A DNA stretch of 64,000 nt from Capsulimonadaceae bacterium (GTDB taxonomy: Bacteria > Armatimonadota > Armatimonadia > Armatimonadales > Capsulimonadaceae). This document shows, in pieces, positions 62,045 through 64,000 of the stretch (positions within the stretch are counted from its first letter, which is position 1; each line of letters opens with the position of its first letter). Position numbers and translations under genes: made by a program. The notes under the pieces are model-generated. The model worked only from the letters and a program-made list of their open reading frames with translations, was not told the DNA's origin and searched no databases. The stretch spans positions 736,001 through 800,000 of the forward strand of contig OZ244065.1 in the NCBI GenBank assembly GCA_965215505.1, written 5' to 3'.

Positions 62045-63195
62045 ACTCCCGCCCGCATGGCTTCCACCATGCGCGGCGTCAGGTCCCGGTCACCGGGCCG
62101 GGGCGGGCCGAAGGTCACGTCCCAGTTCAGCCGGCCCGCCGTGTCCAGCGCGGACGCCCGCGTGTCGTCATACAGGTGCCCCACCCAGCGCGCTCTCTGC
62201 GCGCTCAGGTGCGCCTCGGCTTCCGTGAGGCTCCTCCGGGCGAGCGCGGCACGGCCGACGTCCGGCCCCTTCGGCAGCGTCTGCGCCCCGGCCTCGCCGG
62301 CAACAGAGACCGGCGCGGGCCGCGCCAGTGCGCCCAGCAGGGCGACACGCTGCCGCGTCAGCCGTCCCGCCTGATCGGCGAGGAAGCGGTCATCATTCGA
62401 TCGCAGGCGGGACTCCAACGCGTCCGCCTGCGCCTGAGCGTAGGCGGCGCGCGCCGAGAGAGTGCCCCGGACCTCGGCGGCCTGACGCTCCTGTTCGGCG
62501 TCTCGAGCCTGTACGCGCGCCGCACCCAGTTCCTGGAGCCTCGCGCGGTCCGCATCCACCTTCGCTTGCAGCGTTTCGCGCACCGGGGCGGGGGCGGGTG
62601 CCTGTTTCCAGGGGCTGCTGTCCACCGTCTGAGTCAGGGCGGCAATATCGGTCCGTAGGAGCTGCATCTCCAGGTCCGGCTGGATCGTGGTCGCCCCGGC
62701 GGGGAGCGGATACTGCGAGCGGGCGGCGCGCTGCCACCCGCTCCGCCCGGCAGCCACCTGTTCCGCCCGCGCCATCGCGCGCCGCCCGCGCAGCCCGTCC
62801 AGCAGAGACCCCTGCACGGCGGTCAGTCTTGCCCCCTCGCGCCCGATGTCTGCGGGCGGCAGGGCGTCGGCGGGGCGGGCGGGGCCGGCCGGCAGGGCAG
62901 GCAGCGTCGCGATCTTCTCGTCCGGCCGGTCCGGGGGCGGCAGGGCGCGCGCCGCCGCTTCCAGCCGTCGCAGGGCGGCGTCGTATCGCCCCACCCCGCT
63001 CCAGCCCGGATGCCGGCGCGTCAGGGCGTCCAGGCGAACATAGCCGCGCAGGGGCGGGGCGGGGGCCGGACGCCTGGTGGCCGCGCACCCGCCGCAGAGC
63101 AGGGCGAACACAGTCAGTGCCGTCCAGGCTCGGGCGAGCCTACTCCCGGCGGCCCTACTTGTTGATCCGCTTGACCACGTCCGCAGTGATGTCAT
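62032..63195 (-). CDS. Hypothetical lipoprotein, divergent OmpH/Skp-like coiled coil
   Basis: Hydrophobic segment and lipobox-like LCGGC. GYVRLDAL.RRHP.W resembles an OmpH beta1-helix and the C-terminus has DLT. Start position uncertain. Confidence 0.6.
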   Translation of the reverse strand: MTSLRTWSSGSTSRAAGSRLARAWTALTVFALLCGGCAATRRPAPAPPLRGYVRLDALTRRHPGWSGVGRYDAALRRLEAAARALPPPDRPDEKIATLPALPAGPARPADALPPADIGREGARLTAVQGSLLDGLRGRRAMARAEQVAAGRSGWQRAARSQYPLPAGATTIQPDLEMQLLRTDIAALTQTVDSSPWKQAPAPAPVRETLQAKVDADRARLQELGAARVQARDAEQERQAAEVRGTLSARAAYAQAQADALESRLRSNDDRFLADQAGRLTRQRVALLGALARPAPVSVAGEAGAQTLPKGPDVGRAALARRSLTEAEAHLSAQRARWVGHLYDDTRASALDTAGRLNWDVTFGPPRPGDRDLTPRMVEAMRAGVWRL

Positions 63196-63799
63196 TGGTC
63201 GTGTATACCGCGAGGTTCGAGTCGAAGACCACGGAAAGCCCCTTCTGCTGGGCGACGGCCGCGATGGCCTCCTTGACGCTCACGGTGAACTCGGTGTTGT
63301 CCTTTTCCTGGAGCGCCTTGAGCTGGTTCTGGTAGCCGTCGCCGATCTCCGACAGGGTCGCCTTGCCCGCGTCATACTGGCTCGTCAGGGAGGCGATCTT
63401 GGCCGTGTCGGCGGGCGTCGGTGCCTTCACCTGCTGCAAGTCGGTCAGCTCCTGGGCGGCCTTGGCGGCCTGGGCCTGGAGTACGGTGGCGCGCGTCCGG
63501 TCCGCCTCGGTCGGGGAGGCTTTGCTGAGGAGGCCGCCCAGCTCGGTCTGCTCGGCCTTGGAGAGCATGATGCTGGCGGCCTGCTGGGTGAAGGCGGTGT
63601 TCAGCCGGTCGGCCAGGGCCTTCAGGTCGGTGTCATACTTGGCCTTCTTGGAGGACTCGGACTGGAGCTTCGAGATGTCCACGCTGCCGAACGTGGGCAT
63701 CCCGGAGACGGGCGCGGCCTGCACAGGCCGGGCGAGCAGGGACGGGGTCAGCGTCAGTGCGGCGGCCCCGAGGATCAGTAGTTTGCGATAGCGTGTCAT
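63155..63799 (-). CDS. skp: OmpH/Skp family outer membrane chaperone
   Basis: Signal peptide, FGSVD..KL, coiled coil and AI..VA..KG.S.VFD.....DIT.DV. Confidence 0.88.
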   Translation of the reverse strand: MTRYRKLLILGAAALTLTPSLLARPVQAAPVSGMPTFGSVDISKLQSESSKKAKYDTDLKALADRLNTAFTQQAASIMLSKAEQTELGGLLSKASPTEADRTRATVLQAQAAKAAQELTDLQQVKAPTPADTAKIASLTSQYDAGKATLSEIGDGYQNQLKALQEKDNTEFTVSVKEAIAAVAQQKGLSVVFDSNLAVYTTNDITADVVKRINK

Positions 63800-63858
63800 A
63801 GGTTCCTTCTGTCAGGTGTTTGTTTTGTCTGTTTTGTCTGTTAGGCTTTGCCGGGCCG

Positions 63859-64000
63859 TTAGAACGACTGCCCGATGCTGAACTGCGTCCGCCCGCCGCG
63901 CGAGCCGGACGTCGGGATCGCGTAGTCCAGGCGGATGGGGCCGATGGGCGTGACCAGCCGGATGCCCAGCCCGTAGTCCGCCTGGAGCTGGAAGTTCGAG
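63859..64000 (-). CDS. bamA: BamA/Omp85 outer membrane assembly factor, C-terminal end only
   Basis: Manual translation SNFQLQADYGLGIRLVTPIGPIRLDYAIPTSGSRGGRTQFSIGQSF-stop shows the G.GIR..TPIGP.RLDYA motif and terminal Phe. Confidence 0.92.
   Translation of the reverse strand, partial: SNFQLQADYGLGIRLVTPIGPIRLDYAIPTSGSRGGRTQFSIGQSF

Noticed and set aside
63815..63842. TGTTT/TGTCT short repeats between bamA and skp
   Set aside because: Short low-complexity A-rich leader on the coding strand with no evidence of a distinct function.

Overview
This is GC-rich chromosomal DNA from a diderm bacterium. Armatimonadota is my inference from gene content and order, not a database result. No rRNA, tRNA, CRISPR array, integrase or transposase is visible. 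The left ~42 kb is mostly housekeeping: aspartate aminotransferase (partial), a macro domain + nicotinate phosphoribosyltransferase pair, SpoVR, an M16C peptidase, rhamnose isomerase, aroF/tyrA, icd/mdh, a CE7 esterase, CheD and two HDOD proteins, moaC-mog-moeA, a Y-family polymerase, mqnB-mqnD, eukaryote-type hisA, amtB-glnK, dacB and purN. These operons are repeatedly interrupted by small accessory genes (three Uma2 nucleases, one other PD-(D/E)XK-like gene, a ParE/RelE-type toxin-antitoxin pair, an orphan encapsulated-ferritin-like gene) and by several unrelated REP/REPIN palindrome families. The right ~21 kb is one minus-strand outer-membrane/LPS cluster: bamA (partial), ompH, an ompH-like lipoprotein, lpxD-lpxC-fabZ-lpxA-lpxB, an ICMT-family methyltransferase, msbA, DUF374, lpxK, lpxL, five GT9 domains, rfaE2, two GT4 genes and kdsA. 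No lpxH/I/G, waaA or kdsB occurs in the window. Best leads: (1) a candidate lipid A phosphate methyltransferase coupled to lpxB in a cluster missing the LpxH/I/G and WaaA steps; (2) a candidate new SOS-type operator (GTAGAC/GTCTAC half-sites) over a consensus promoter for the Y-family polymerase; (3) a possible ADP-ribose/NAD recycling module; (4) a LacI regulator with an AT-hook-like GRPR in place of the hinge helix; (5) a possible ANTAR RNA element in the amtB leader; (6) a KPST variant of the DAHP synthase KPRT motif.
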